A stretch of DNA of 63,049 bases, the filler included, from Phoronis australis (Eukaryota; Animalia; Phoronida), in NCBI GenBank assembly GCA_002633005.1. It is 9 parts of 9 records of this genome, joined end to end, with 100 filler letters (N's around TTAATTAATTAA, not from the genome) between each part and the next. Parts side by side here need not be neighbours in the genome. Positions count along the whole stretch, not along the records: positions 11,106 to 28,329 come from NMRA01000068.1; positions 28,430 to 31,520 come from NMRA01003233.1; positions 31,621 to 39,481 come from NMRA01001969.1; 6 more parts are not named here. One strand, written 5' to 3'. The notes beneath the pieces were generated by a model that saw only the letters and a list, made by a program, of their open reading frames with translations, was not told the DNA's origin and did not search any database. The position numbers and the translations under genes were made by a program. Positions within the stretch are counted from its first letter, which is position 1, and every line of letters begins with the position of its first letter. Shown piece after piece: positions 26,458 through 38,117 of the stretch.

Positions 26458-27836
26458 TTTCAGCTTACAACGCACTAAACAATCCCTAAATCCGACGTAG
26501 TTGAGTTCTCTACTAACCTATCTTGCCGCAGAATACTCGCCGATGGAAAGTGGTGGTGACAATTGTTGAAAAACAGCACAAAACAAAAGTAGAATAGAAC
26601 AGATGCGCACGGTAAAGTCAACGCAAAACTAAGTGGCGGGAAATGCTTGCCTCCTACAACGTCACTTCCGGAGTAGCGGACGAGTAATTTATAAAATTAC
26701 GAAAAGCTGTAATTAAGTGGAAAATATGTCTAGGATAACCAACCAACCTTATTTTAGCTCTAAATGACATGGAAAAAGGTTGCCTTCGCCTTTAAAAATG
26801 AGCTCACTTTCTTCAGTGATCCTTTCTACTTCTACACATATCTTTGATGAAGCATATCTACTAGAATTAAGGTGACTTTGGCAAAGAATTCCAACTCCAC
26901 TTTTTGGTCACCGTTAACTTTTTCACCGTGCACGCGATAACCACAAAGTAAGTCATCTGAGTCACGTGAGTTAGGCAAATGTTAGCGCGTGACTGAGCGA
27001 AGCGCGTGATACTAGCGAGACACTTGCAAAATAGTATGAGAAGGTATCAGGTGAAATTTGTAAGATTAGCGTCCCTTGGACTTTTTATTCGTCAACATGC
27101 GTGATTTCACATAACTTCCTCAAAATGGCACCCAGTAAGAGAAAGTCGAGCAAACCGCGACAGACTTATTTATGGTATACTCGGGAACCCAATGGTCGTC
27201 CGCCTAAGCATAAAACCGGCTTGTTGTCGTACTCACCCAACTATTCCACTTCAAAGTTATACTCTGCAAAGAACTTGATTTGACTCTCACAAATCAATAG
27301 TATTAGTTGATTCAAAAGTTTTCTTTTATTTATGCCGAGTTGTTTGAACTGTGCATTGCTTTTCGGCAGCCATTTTATAATGACTCCTATGGTTGTCATA
27401 TGCTGCCGCCTTTTGAAAGAACAGAAAACCACACAGAAAAAGGCCAATAGTGGAAAGTGGTTTACAGCTATTCTACTACAACCACAAACTGTTTCACTAG
27501 TATGATATCGATTTTTAAATCGATTAAAATTGATTTAGAATTTCAGTTCTGGAAAATAAATCGCAATTGCTTTATTCCAGATAGACCTTACTTATTTTCT
27601 AGTTGTGTCCTCTTTATTTCACTATTTACTCTTGTTGTTCTTAACACCACTTATCTCTGCTGTCTTTCCTTTTCTTTTCAGTTTTTCTTCATCCTCTGTT
27701 AACACCTTGTCAGCCAAAGCAGAACTGAAACCCTTTGAGACTTCGTGCAATTAAGTTGATCATTGAACCTCGATACAATTGTTCTAATAAATTACCCAAT
27801 ATCGTATTGTTTGATTTTCTTTCTCACCTTTAACAG

Positions 27837-28329
27837 GCTTCTGTAATCATAGATAAATAAATAAATACCCAAGTTGTATTTGCATTTTATTGCTCAATCT
27901 CTTCTTTTATTTTTGATTATGTCATGCTGTGTTGTATGTAACAATGCAATATAGTGAAATAAAGTCAATGTTTTACTTTATTGGTGGCCATTCTCTATCA
28001 ATTCAAGTATTTTAATTTTCTTCAAATAAATTCAAAATGCTTTAACCAAAAATTTCAACATAAATGTTGAGCTCAGTACTTTGTTTTGCAATAAAAAATA
28101 AGTGGACAATATTTTGATGACCAAGGCGGGGGCCGAAACTGTTAAGCACCCAGCGTGTTCCATTTGTCTGTTGCGTTTTTCCTTTGGCCTAACGGGTGTC
28201 GGTTGGTGCCTGGGACAAATAGATACATTGCATAAACAATATCTGGGTAGGTTAAAGTTCCGTCTGAAGAAAATTTAATTTCGAAAATATCTTCTGAAAA
28301 TGAACAAAAAAGTGCGTTAGTAAAATCTA
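27837..28329 (+). repeat. About 490-bp duplicate of 51802-52294
   Basis: Near-identical with scattered substitutions; one copy ends a contig and the other starts one. Confidence 0.9.
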
Positions 28330-29833
28330 NNNNNNNNNNNNNNNNNNNNNNNNNNNNNNNNNNNNNNNNNNNNTTAATTAATTAANNNNNNNNNNNNNNN
28401 NNNNNNNNNNNNNNNNNNNNNNNNNNNNNTAGGGAGACTCCAACAGTTTTGTAAAATGAGAGATACATACCGTTTGTCATTTAAGTGCATATTTCATAAT
28501 TGCTCATGAGAGTTCAAGCCAAAAATATTCAGAAAAATCACCCAGAATTCCCTGTCCACAAAGCGGAAGCTGAATTCATAGTCAGAGTGGTTTTACCTCT
28601 TTGACAAAGAATGGAAGGGAATTATGAATTATGAAAAATAACAGTTTGTAAGGAGGCTATAAGTCATCCCTAATAATTTTGCCAATAATTTTTTGACGCT
28701 GAAAGAATTTAGCTGTCATCGCGACAGAACAGTGTTGTATCCGATAACTTTTGTCTTGTTCTGTACCCCAGTCACTGGCCAGATGTGCAGCACACTGTCC
28801 CTATGTCAGGACAGCATGGTAAGAAGTGTGTATCTTGGCTCATACAATGCTCGGACTACTTGAACATATTAAAGGCACTAATGATAAACAGACTTTAGCA
28901 GTTTCCACTTTCAATTTGACTGATTGCATACCACAGGCGACCATAAAGTCTCAGCTTGCAGGTAAACACTTATTTGGACACTGCAAAGGGCATTGTGGGT
29001 ATTATTGCACAGCATGACTCCCCGAAGAATGCTACATACAGTACTGCATGTGAGACTACTGGGTGAGACAAAAATATTAACTCTGGTAAAATGTGTTGAC
29101 TAGTTCGCCATCAGATCCCTTGTGTGCACCTGTGCATAACAAGTGAATATATAATAAGAGAGAATGTAAAGATTACTTATGCTCTAGTTATAACATGTCT
29201 AAAGGTTGTCATGGCAACCAACTTTGGTACATCTCAACCCAATCACGTGATCCAACAACACCTGCGCTGAGATACAGTATAGTGGCCAGGTTCATTGTTA
29301 CTTTGGTCAACCAGCTGTGAGATGGTATATATACATGTAATTTGTTTCCTTGAGGCGGACTTTTTTGTCCAATTCGCCAAATTGGAGGGGGGGGGTCGAG
29401 TGCGCCCGTGAATCACGCACACCATACAAGAACCTGCTAATGAAAACCTAGAGTTACTGGAGTTAACAAGCTGAAATGTTGAATCAGGGGAGATTACCAT
29501 GAATTTGCTATTAAGCTCAAACACGAGGTGTTGTTTCCAAATAACAAATGGTTCTTTGTGCTTGGAACACGCACGCTTTCACATTTGTGTTTTTTAATTG
29601 ACTCCAGAATGAGGCATTGTGTCTTATACAACAATGCACAGCACTTATTTTTGCAGCGCCAGCAAGAGTGTGAGCAGTGAATTAACCAAGATTTGCAGGG
29701 GTCTGTCAAGCGAAAAGCAAATTTCTGACTTGTAAAAGTCTTTAAAAGCCACTTTTCATGAAAAACGCCCCAGGCCTGGTAGTAGATCTGTCTTCAACAT
29801 CAATTGAAGTACTGGATTTCTTACAACACTTAA

Positions 29834-30413
29834 AGTGGCTATAAACCCACATTTCATGACAAAAGATTTACTTTAGACCATTTACACGATTGCATTATGA
29901 AATTGGTCACAAAAAATTTCTAATCAAAACAGGAAAGATTTGTGGGTTTGGAAAGAACTGGGCATTTGTTATTGGTTGAGATAGGCTCTACAAGTGGCCA
30001 ATAGGGGTCTCTAGGAGTAACGAACTTGCAATTCTTTGCTAGACTACAAGTGGCCAATAGGGGTCGCTAGGAGTAATGAACTTGCAGTGCTTTGCAAGAC
30101 TACAAGTGGCCAATAGGGGTGTCTAGGAGTAACAAACTTGCAGTGCTTTGCAAGACTACAAGTGGCCAATAGGGGTCTCTAGGAATAATGAACTTGCAGT
30201 GTTTTGCTAGACTACAAGTGGCCAATAGGGTCTCTAGGAGTAACGAACTTGCAGTGCTTTGCTAAACTACAAGTGGCCAATAACAGTCTCGAGGAATAAT
30301 GAACTTGCAGTTCTTTGCAAGACTACAAATCAAAAAAATTAAAACCATTTTTAGGGGAAAGTGGTCTTAATCATAATTTAGTTTCTTTGACAGAACATGG
30401 GTTTATTGCCACT
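29834..30413. mobile_element. TTAA-flanked Kolobok-type MITE carrying a minisatellite
   Basis: TTAA-AGTGGCTATAAACCCA ... TGGGTTTATTGCCACT-TTAA; a related lone end lies at about 6200-6234. Confidence 0.75.
29988..30328 (+). repeat. 56-bp minisatellite, about 6 copies
   Basis: Unit CTACAAGTGGCCAATAGGGGTCTCTAGGAGTAACGAACTTGCAGTGCTTTGCTAGA. Confidence 0.95.
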
Positions 30414-30829
30414 TTAAAAGTGCTGGGCCTGTTTCACTGTAGCGCATACTTCAAGGGTCTAGTTCCCCTCCACCTACTAGCTAAACATGAAATCAACAAA
30501 CACGTGACTGTTTCACCTATCAAACCTGACTACACACTTTTACTAAAAAGTAAGCCTCTCAAACTTAACTTCACAATTTTCTTGCTGTGGAAGCATTGTC
30601 TTCAACGTTCATATGCTAAGCTGTAGTCCAATTTTTGAAAGGGTTGGCCAGACCCGAGATATTCTGAACTATTTTTAATTTTTAACAGTTTCTGTTTGAG
30701 TAAAAATTGTGTTGATTTTGTTTCTTGGGCAGGTAAATCTCCGGCAGTGTAGTATTCTAAACTGAATAAGTTCGGAAATCTTTTGAGACAATTTCAGTTA
30801 TCAGAAGGTGAAAGTCTTCAAACTCGCTG

Positions 30830-31070
30830 ACAAGAAGGCTGACCACTAGTCAAGAAGGGTGACCAGTGGTCAAGAAGGGTGACCACTGGTCGAGAAGGGT
30901 GACCACTGGTCAAGAAGGGTGGCCAGTGGTCAACAAACATGACCACTGGCCAAGAAGGGAGACCACTGGTCAAGAAGGCTGACCACTAGTCAAGGGGGAC
31001 TACTAGTCAAGAAGGGTGGCCACTGGTCCCAATGGATGACCGCTGGTCAAGAAGGTTAACCACTGGCCAC
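30830..31070 (+). repeat. 20-bp minisatellite, about 12 copies
   Basis: Unit CAAGAAGGGTGACCACTGGT. Confidence 0.9.
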
Positions 31071-31215
31071 TAGAAATCCATCTGTCTACTTAACTAGATA
31101 ATTGATGAATTCACAAACTTTTGCAAAAACAATTTGTTAGTGAAACAAGCCCAACATGAACAAGAAAGACAAACAGCAGGAGAGCATCCTGGCAACCATG
31201 GCAACCCCCCATGGG

Positions 31216-31518
31216 TCAGCTATTTAGGTGTAAAATCTTTGGCCACAGCAGCGTCAATATGTCATTGGCAAACAGAGACTGATGCACGTAGTCGTCTCCC
31301 TTCAACGTGACACACCTGTCCAACAACTTCACTAGCCTCACCTTCACCTCATCCGGAACATTCTTCAGCAAATATTGCTTAATAATTGAACAGAGGTGTG
31401 CAAACACCGACCTCTCCAACACGCTGGTACAAGTACTCGTTGTCTTGTTACATACTGTTGGACAGTATCGGCCATATTGGCAATCCTCATTGGAGTAGCA
31501 CCGTTTCTCGCTCTGTAT
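31216..31518 (-). CDS. DIPK1A: 3' coding end of a DIPK1/FAM69 divergent protein kinase (5' part lost in the gap)
   Basis: IQSEKRCYSNEDCQYGRYCPTVCNKTTSTCTSVLERSVFAHLCSIIKQYLLKNVPDEVKVRLVKLLDRCVTLK..SLFANDILTLLWPKILHLNS* matches the FAM69 C-terminal pattern RHCESDLDCVYG..C..LKDYLLRGAP..LKTLLWKKI. The paralog letter cannot be resolved. Confidence 0.85.
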   Translation of the reverse strand: MQSEKRCYSNEDCQYGRYCPTVCNKTTSTCTSVLERSVFAHLCSIIKQYLLKNVPDEVKVRLVKLLDRCVTLKGDDYVHQSLFANDILTLLWPKILHLNS

Positions 31519-31620
31519 GANNNNNNNNNNNNNNNNNNNNNNNNNNNNNNNNNNNNNNNNNNNNTTAATTAATTAANNNNNNNNNNNNNNNNNNNNNNNN
31601 NNNNNNNNNNNNNNNNNNNN

Positions 31621-32010
31621 CAGTATACAATTACCACGCATCAGTATATTTACAAGCAGATGTGTGTTATTTACAGTATACAATTACCACGCATCAGTAT
31701 ATTTACAAGCAGATGTGTGTTATTTACAGTATACAATTACCACGCATCAATGTATTTACAAGCAGATGTGTGTCATTTACAGTTTACAGTTACTACGCTT
31801 CAGTGTATTTACAAGCAGATATGTGTTATTTGCAGTATATAATAACCACGTATCAGTATATTTACAAGCAGATGTGTTTTACAGTATACAATAACCACTC
31901 ATCAGTGTATTTACATGCAGATGTGTGTTATTTACAGTATACAATTACCAGGCATCAGTGTATTTACAAGCAGATGTGTGTCCATGTTGTTTACAAACTA
32001 CCACACATAT
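31621..32010 (+). repeat. 53-bp minisatellite, about 7 copies
   Basis: Unit CAGTATACAATTACCACGCATCAGTATATTTACAAGCAGATGTGTGTTATTTA. Confidence 0.95.
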
Positions 32011-32636
32011 AGTTGTGTATGAAGGCATCTGTTATTGCAGTAATATCATGTTGAATAATCCTTTACAATCTTGCTTTGCATCTAACAGGAAATCATTCCA
32101 CCACCGGTGAGATCACTGTTTCTTAGAATGTGTAGAAGTAACATCTTCTGTTTCTAGTTAACATTCTGTGTTACCGTTAAAGTTTTATGATTCAATGTCA
32201 GTGTTATTCCTTGGCCCACAGTCCATCTTAAGTTCTTTTTCTTTGGACGCCGCAAATTGCATTTCTGTATTGTTAACCTCTTTTGTTTCTCCCAGAAATT
32301 TTAGTTTCTTTTCAATTTTTTTGTAAGCAGCCAAAACCTGACTTGCCTTTCATCGTTCACGAAAGCTTGAATTCTTGTTGGGACACAAGAAATTTTGTAT
32401 TTATGTATTGGCATAACAAAAATTAATCCAAATCTCTTCTCTTCGAATCTTGATAATGAAGCGCTAAACTTGTTCTCTCTATTCCATTTAGTGAAATATC
32501 AATCTTTCTGATGTTCTGTCTGTGCATTTCTTCACTTGAAAACTTATTAACTTTGTGGGTAGTATTACCATTACCTGTGTTACTTGACGTGTCATTCTCA
32601 ACTTCCAACTTTTCAGTATTTTAAGAAGTAACTGTT

Positions 32637-34332
32637 ATTTTTATGCGCCCACATATCTATATATGGACGCATTATGCTGTCATCTTCGACTGTCCGTCCA
32701 TCCGGCGTCCGTCCGGCGTCTATCCTGCGTCCATCTGATGTCCGCTGCTCTGCCTCCAAAACCCTTTGACGTATGTTCATGATTTTTTCATGTGTTCCTT
32801 TCAAGGGAGAGACAGGATGAACAAAAACTTTCTGACCTATCCCACTACCGGTGTGACCCCTAGTGGCAATTTTATTTTTTACACTTACCTCTGTATCTTC
32901 AAAGGTCTTCAATGTATTTTCATAAAATTTGGAATATAGGCATCTATTAGTGAAATGACACCATCCTGCAATTTTCGGATGGACTCGACGTGTTTTGCGC
33001 CCCCGAGAGGCCATTTTTACTGTTTTTGAACCTGTTCTTGGCGTCCACCCCTGTATCAACCAAACCTTTCTAAGGAAGATTGTGAAAATTGGTCTGTATG
33101 TTCTTACTATGAAGAGGATGACTTATGATAATTTTACGACGACTTCGACTTCTGTGGTGCCTCCCAGTGGTAGTTTTATTTTTTTGCGCCCATGGCTGTA
33201 TCTCCTAAGGTATTTGCAGGATCTTAATTAAATTTAGCAAGTGTATTTATATGATGTTGACGAGGGATGGCGACAGCTTTCAGATGGATCGGACTACCGG
33301 TGTGCCCCCTAGTGGCAATTTTAGATTTTTATGTTTACCTCTGTGTCTTCAAAGATCCTCAACGGATTTTCATAAAATTTGGCACATAGGCATCTATTAG
33401 TGAGATGACACTGTCTTTCTGTTTTCGAATGGATTTGATGTAGTTTGCGCCACCTAGTGGCCATTTTTACTGTTATCGACTCTGTTTTTTTGGCGTCCAC
33501 CCTTCTATCAACCAAACCGCTCTAAGGATTATTGTGAAAATTGGCATGTATGTTAGTTACTTCTTATTATGAAGAAGACAGCTCATGATTTTCCGACGAC
33601 TTCAACTACTGTGGTGCCTCCTAGTAGCAGTTTTGTTTTTGTTGCGTCCATGGCTGTATTTCCTAAAGTGTTTGCAGGATCTTTACTAAATTTAACAAGT
33701 GTATTAGAGATGTTGGTAACAAATGACCACGACTTTCGGACGGATCTGAGTACCGGTGTGCTCCCTAGTGGCAATTTTAGTTTTTTTACATTTACCTCTG
33801 CATCTTCAAAGGTTCGTAATGGATTTTCATAAAATCTGGAGTATAGGCATCTATTAGTGAGATGATGCTTTCCTCCCACTTTTGGATGGAATCGGAAGTA
33901 TTTTGCGTCACCTAGTGGCCATTGTTGCTGTTTTTGGGTCCACCCTCTATCAACGAAACCATTTTAAGGGTGGTTTTGAAAATTGGCATATATTTTCCAA
34001 GTGCGAAAGATCTTTATTAAATTTAGTAAGTGTATTGATATGAATCTATCAACAGACAACGTCTTTTAGGCGGATCTAACGAACGCTGTACCACCTAGTG
34101 ACGTTTTCATTTTTTCCCGTTTCTTTTGTTTCTCTGAAGTTCCTTGACAGATTTTTATGAAATTTGGTAAATAGCTTTCTATTAAAGAAGCAATGGCATT
34201 CCCATTTTGGGATTGATTGGACGTTTTTGTGCCATCTAGTGGCCATTTTTATGATACAAATAAATAACCCTAGAAGCACTCCGTTTGCAATGCATTCGTG
34301 AGCATATTTCAATGCTCAGCGTTGCTCTTGTA
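32637..34332 (+). mobile_element. Helentron-associated (HINE/DINE-1-like) element with about 450-bp internal tandem units
   Basis: T-run + TATGCGCCCACATAT..ATATGGACGCAT inverted repeat; (GTCC)n-like tract; TACCGGTGTG..CCTAGTGGCAATTT at about 32845, 33296 and 33751; 3' GTGAGCATA subTIR, stem-loop and CTTGT end. Confidence 0.7.
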
Positions 34333-35527
34333 ATCTAAACGTGGGCATATGTTTTGGCTATATAAGTTTTTGTTCAATTGAGTTTGCAATTGTTTAATAT
34401 TTTTAACCTGTCATTGGATAACCATTGATGTTAAAGTTGTTATTATTGTATATAGTAAAACTGAAGGATGTAAATTATACAGTTTATGTGGTTATGTTAC
34501 TGGGTTATTATAGACCCCTGAATTTGTAGATTTGTTGACTAAATGTTAGCCATGAGCAGAGCATGTTCCCATGGGCTTATCCCAATGCATGGGCCATAGA
34601 TTCCTCTGATCCTTATCCAGGTACTGCTTTGGTTTGGATTGGCGTTCTATGTCAGTTCTGTGCCAGCAAAACTTATGTTCTTTAGTTCCAAGTCTATTAT
34701 TTTGGTATTTTGAAACAAGAAGACTTGTTGAAGGTGAAGTATCCGGGTCGTCCCCAAATTTGTATTATTCAATGATGAAAAAAATGCCAACTTCACTAAT
34801 GACTGTTTTTCAGTCTCTAAACATTTTATATTCTTCATTAAAAATTGTGTATTTAACTAAATATGTATTTGCATGCTCCTAACTATGCTAATGTATAGCA
34901 GGAACTAAACGGCAATGCCGTTTAAACATAATCTACGCTAAACAAAGTGCAGTTGTATTCATTGGCAACTGGTAAATGTGAAAACCTGCAAATAGGCGCC
35001 CTTTGCACTGATGACGTACCTTGGGGGCTCACATAGCCCGCATCATGCAATGTTATTCCAAAACACCACGTCACAATACTTACTGGACATGGTTGAGTGA
35101 TTTACGGTGCACCATTTTCGACACAAGACTAGTTTTTAAAAACATTTGGCAATTTTCAACCTACTTTATATTTACGTCATCTCTATATGTTGTGTTTCTA
35201 ACTAATTTGGCCTTGAAATTGCAGTGATAAGGATTTAATGTGCAAGTTCCACTTAAAAGTCTGAATTCCATTTCATTTAGTAAGCATTTGCTGCATGTTA
35301 GTACTCACAGGCACTGACTTAGTTATTCACTCTTTCCTAAATCACCTGCTCTCAATGTTTGCTTGTCTAGGACATGTGTTTGTGCACAGACCCTGTTATT
35401 TACTTGGTAGTTACCTGTTCGCTTTAACCAGCTTAGCATGTAAACCTCTGGAATACATGTCATTTGGGAAAACATTATCAGAAAGTGTCAAATAGCTAAA
35501 CAAGGATTTTTTTGATATTTTTTCAAA

Positions 35528-36098
35528 AGTCATTGCAAAAAGTTCTGTTTAAGCCGGAAGAAAATGGTTAATGCCATTTGAAAGTTAGAATAGACCTTTT
35601 TACACTAAAGTGATCTCTTTCTTTGTTTTATAACGATAATGACATACTTACACTATGACTTCAATGCATGCTTTTGAAAATTCCCACATGCGTTTGGAGT
35701 ATATGTGTATAGATGTTGCTCTAATCAAACATAGTTTCATTCAAGTATGGAAAAGTTACCAGTGAGAGTTTTGGAAATTTGGGTCACTTTGTTTGGCCCA
35801 AAGGTGTTACTANAGTCATTGCAAAAAGTTCTGTTTAAGCCGGAAGAAAATGGTTAATGCCATTTGAAAGTTAGAATAGACCTTTTTACACTAAAGTGAT
35901 CTCTTTCTTTGTTTTATAACGATAATGACATACTTACACTATGACTTCAATGCATGCTTTTGAAAATTCCCACATGCGTTTGGAGTATATGTGTATAGAT
36001 GTTGCTCTAATCAAACATAGTTTCATTCAAGTATGGAAAAGTTACCAGTGAGAGTTTTGGAAATTTGGGTCACTTTGTTTGGCCCAAAGGTGTTACTA
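35528..36098 (+). repeat. Exact 285-bp tandem duplication across a single N (assembly artefact)
   Basis: 35528-35812 equals 35814-36098; N at 35813. Confidence 0.9.
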
Positions 36099-36360
36099 TT
36101 GTAGTACACCAGAAGTATCTTTGAGGAGTCTAAAACCTATTCAAAAGATAAAACTTCATTTTGCTGTCATGAGGAATTTGTCAATAAGAGTACCATAGTT
36201 TATAAGGTCACAGTTCACAAAGCTTATGCTTGGGATTTGGCTGGAAATTGCTGTCCTTTGCAGGGGTAAAACGTGTCATTCAAAACTCATCAGCACCGCT
36301 AATGTGCGATCTTCACAGACTGATTTGGTATTATTTTTTAGCTAAAGACTTCAACTTTAA

Positions 36361-37660
36361 AGGCAAAGGCAACCTTTTTTCATGTCATTTTTAGCAAAAA
36401 TAAGGTTCGTTGATTATCCCAGACATATTTTTCACTTATTTACTGCTTTTCGTAATTTAATTAATTACTTGTTGTCTACTCCGAAAGTGACGTTTTGGGA
36501 GGCAAGAATTTCGCGCCAATTTCTTTTCATATAGTCTGACTGTGAGAGCAGTCGAGTCAGTCATTGTTCTACCTCGGTTGTGATAAGTTCGGTCGTTGTT
36601 TGCTTTTGCTTACGAGTCAGTCAACATGCCACGCTGTTGCTGCGTACTGGGGTTATCGTCTCACGTACAGAGGAAGAACTGTTCCACTTGCCCGAGTGTC
36701 CCGCGACACACTCCCACTGGAAGGTGATCTGAGCACCCAAACTGCTTACATACCGCCGTGTGACTCCCTCGCCACACACCTGGCACCTTCCAAATAACTC
36801 CAATACAGGTCCACAATAAACTTATCAAACTTAGGTTCACCGATCTGTTCATTGGATGATGAACTGTCCTCTTCACTGGGTGTAGAACTGGGCCTGTATT
36901 CACTCCCACTACTCAACATCGCTGCAGGGCTGCTTACAGGCTCTGGGCTAGAGACAACAGCACAGGGCGAATCACTGCTAGTTCCCGGAATTGCACGCAA
37001 TGTGGTACGATTGACAGTAGATGAAGTGCTTCCAGTCGCTGTATATAGTGGCCACAGCTCGCGAGGCTTCTCGCTTCAAAAATGCACTTCTCGGGGTTGG
37101 CGACAGGGCACTGCCGGGAATCAACAGCGACGGTATGGTACCCTTCTTTAGGCGTTGTTTCGCAGGGACCTTCATCAATCCAGCGTACATATCTGTCGTA
37201 ATCTGGGCAGAAAATGCCACACATTCGGTAACCCTCCGCTGCTTTGTACGTTGCGTGGACGGGTAGCGCTGCGTTCTTCACATGAATGAGCTAGCCAAGT
37301 ACGGCGAAGTGTGTCATCCTTCGGAAAGCGATGAAAGGTACCCAAAGCGCGTGTGATACGATAATGAGTACATCCCGGCACGCAGCAACAGCGTGGCATG
37401 TTGACTGACTTGTAAGCAAAAGCAAACGACGACCGAACTTATCACAAACAAGGTAGAACAATGACTGTCTCGACAGCTCTCACAATCAGACTATAATGAA
37501 AAGAAATTGGTGCGAAACTCCTTCCAAAACGTCATTTCCGGAGTAGAGGACGAGAAATTAATCAAATTACGAAAAGCTGTAATTAAGTGAAAAATGTGTC
37601 TGGGATAATCAACGAACCTTGTTTTGCTAAAAGTGACATGAAAAAAGGTTGCCTTCGCCT
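36361..37660 (-). mobile_element. Kolobok fold-back derivative built from two left (THAP-side) ends
   Basis: TTAA on both sides. Both arms carry TIR + 5'UTR + ATGCCACGCTGTTGC. A frameshifted THAP gene runs on - from 37399 to about 36662. Confidence 0.9.
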
Positions 37661-38117
37661 TTAAATTACAACATTTTGGATTGCTAACAATTTGAACAGT
37701 TTTTTAAGGCCTTAAGATACGTTTTGTGTTTTGTGTAGATTCTTTCGTTTTCAATCAATGAGATTTTCCCAAACTTTTCTGTAACTATTTTAATGATGTT
37801 TTGAACAATTATCGATACTGTGCATTCTCTGGAACACAAAAAGTATTTTGTATTTTTTGTAAATTACACCAAAACCTTTCATATTTCGCAAGTATAAATT
37901 GCACAATACATTCAACACAGTTGTATTGTACATGCTAAATACATTGGCGAAGAATGCTTATTATTTACATGGGGGGCATTCTCTTAACTTTAGCGATGGA
38001 TAATTAACTAAAAAATTTGAAAATCGGTGGATCGGTTGCAAAGGAGTCATCAAAACTCTGTAACAGGTTTGCCAAAAACACCAATGGAGGCGGCAGCGTT
38101 CCACGGAATTATGGAAA

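Larger units (their letters stand above)
25134..26791 (+). mobile_element. Kolobok DNA transposon, internally deleted
   Basis: About 158-bp near-perfect TIRs (25134-25291 / 26634-26791) starting AGGCGAAGG; flanks TTAG/TTAA; THAP ORF on + and convergent KolX-like ORF on -. Confidence 0.9.
24781..27167. mobile_element. Older TIR element (about 145-bp imperfect TIRs) into which the Kolobok copy is nested
   Basis: 24784-24927 (TCTGTCGC..GTTGACGAATAAAAAGTCCAAGGGAC..CCTGATACCTTCTCAT) is the reverse complement of about 27022-27164. Confidence 0.8.

Noticed and set aside
25134-26791. piggyBac or P-element/host THAP gene
   Set aside because: TTAA with AG termini (not CCC), no 8-bp TSD, and a convergent KolX-like gene all indicate Kolobok.
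29988-32010. 56-, 20- and 53-bp arrays as CRISPR or coding repeats (ORFs at 31660-32110)
   Set aside because: Head-to-tail minisatellites without unique spacers; the ORFs are by-products of the repeats.
35528-36098. Biological tandem duplication
   Set aside because: Identical copies separated by one N; an unmerged contig overlap.
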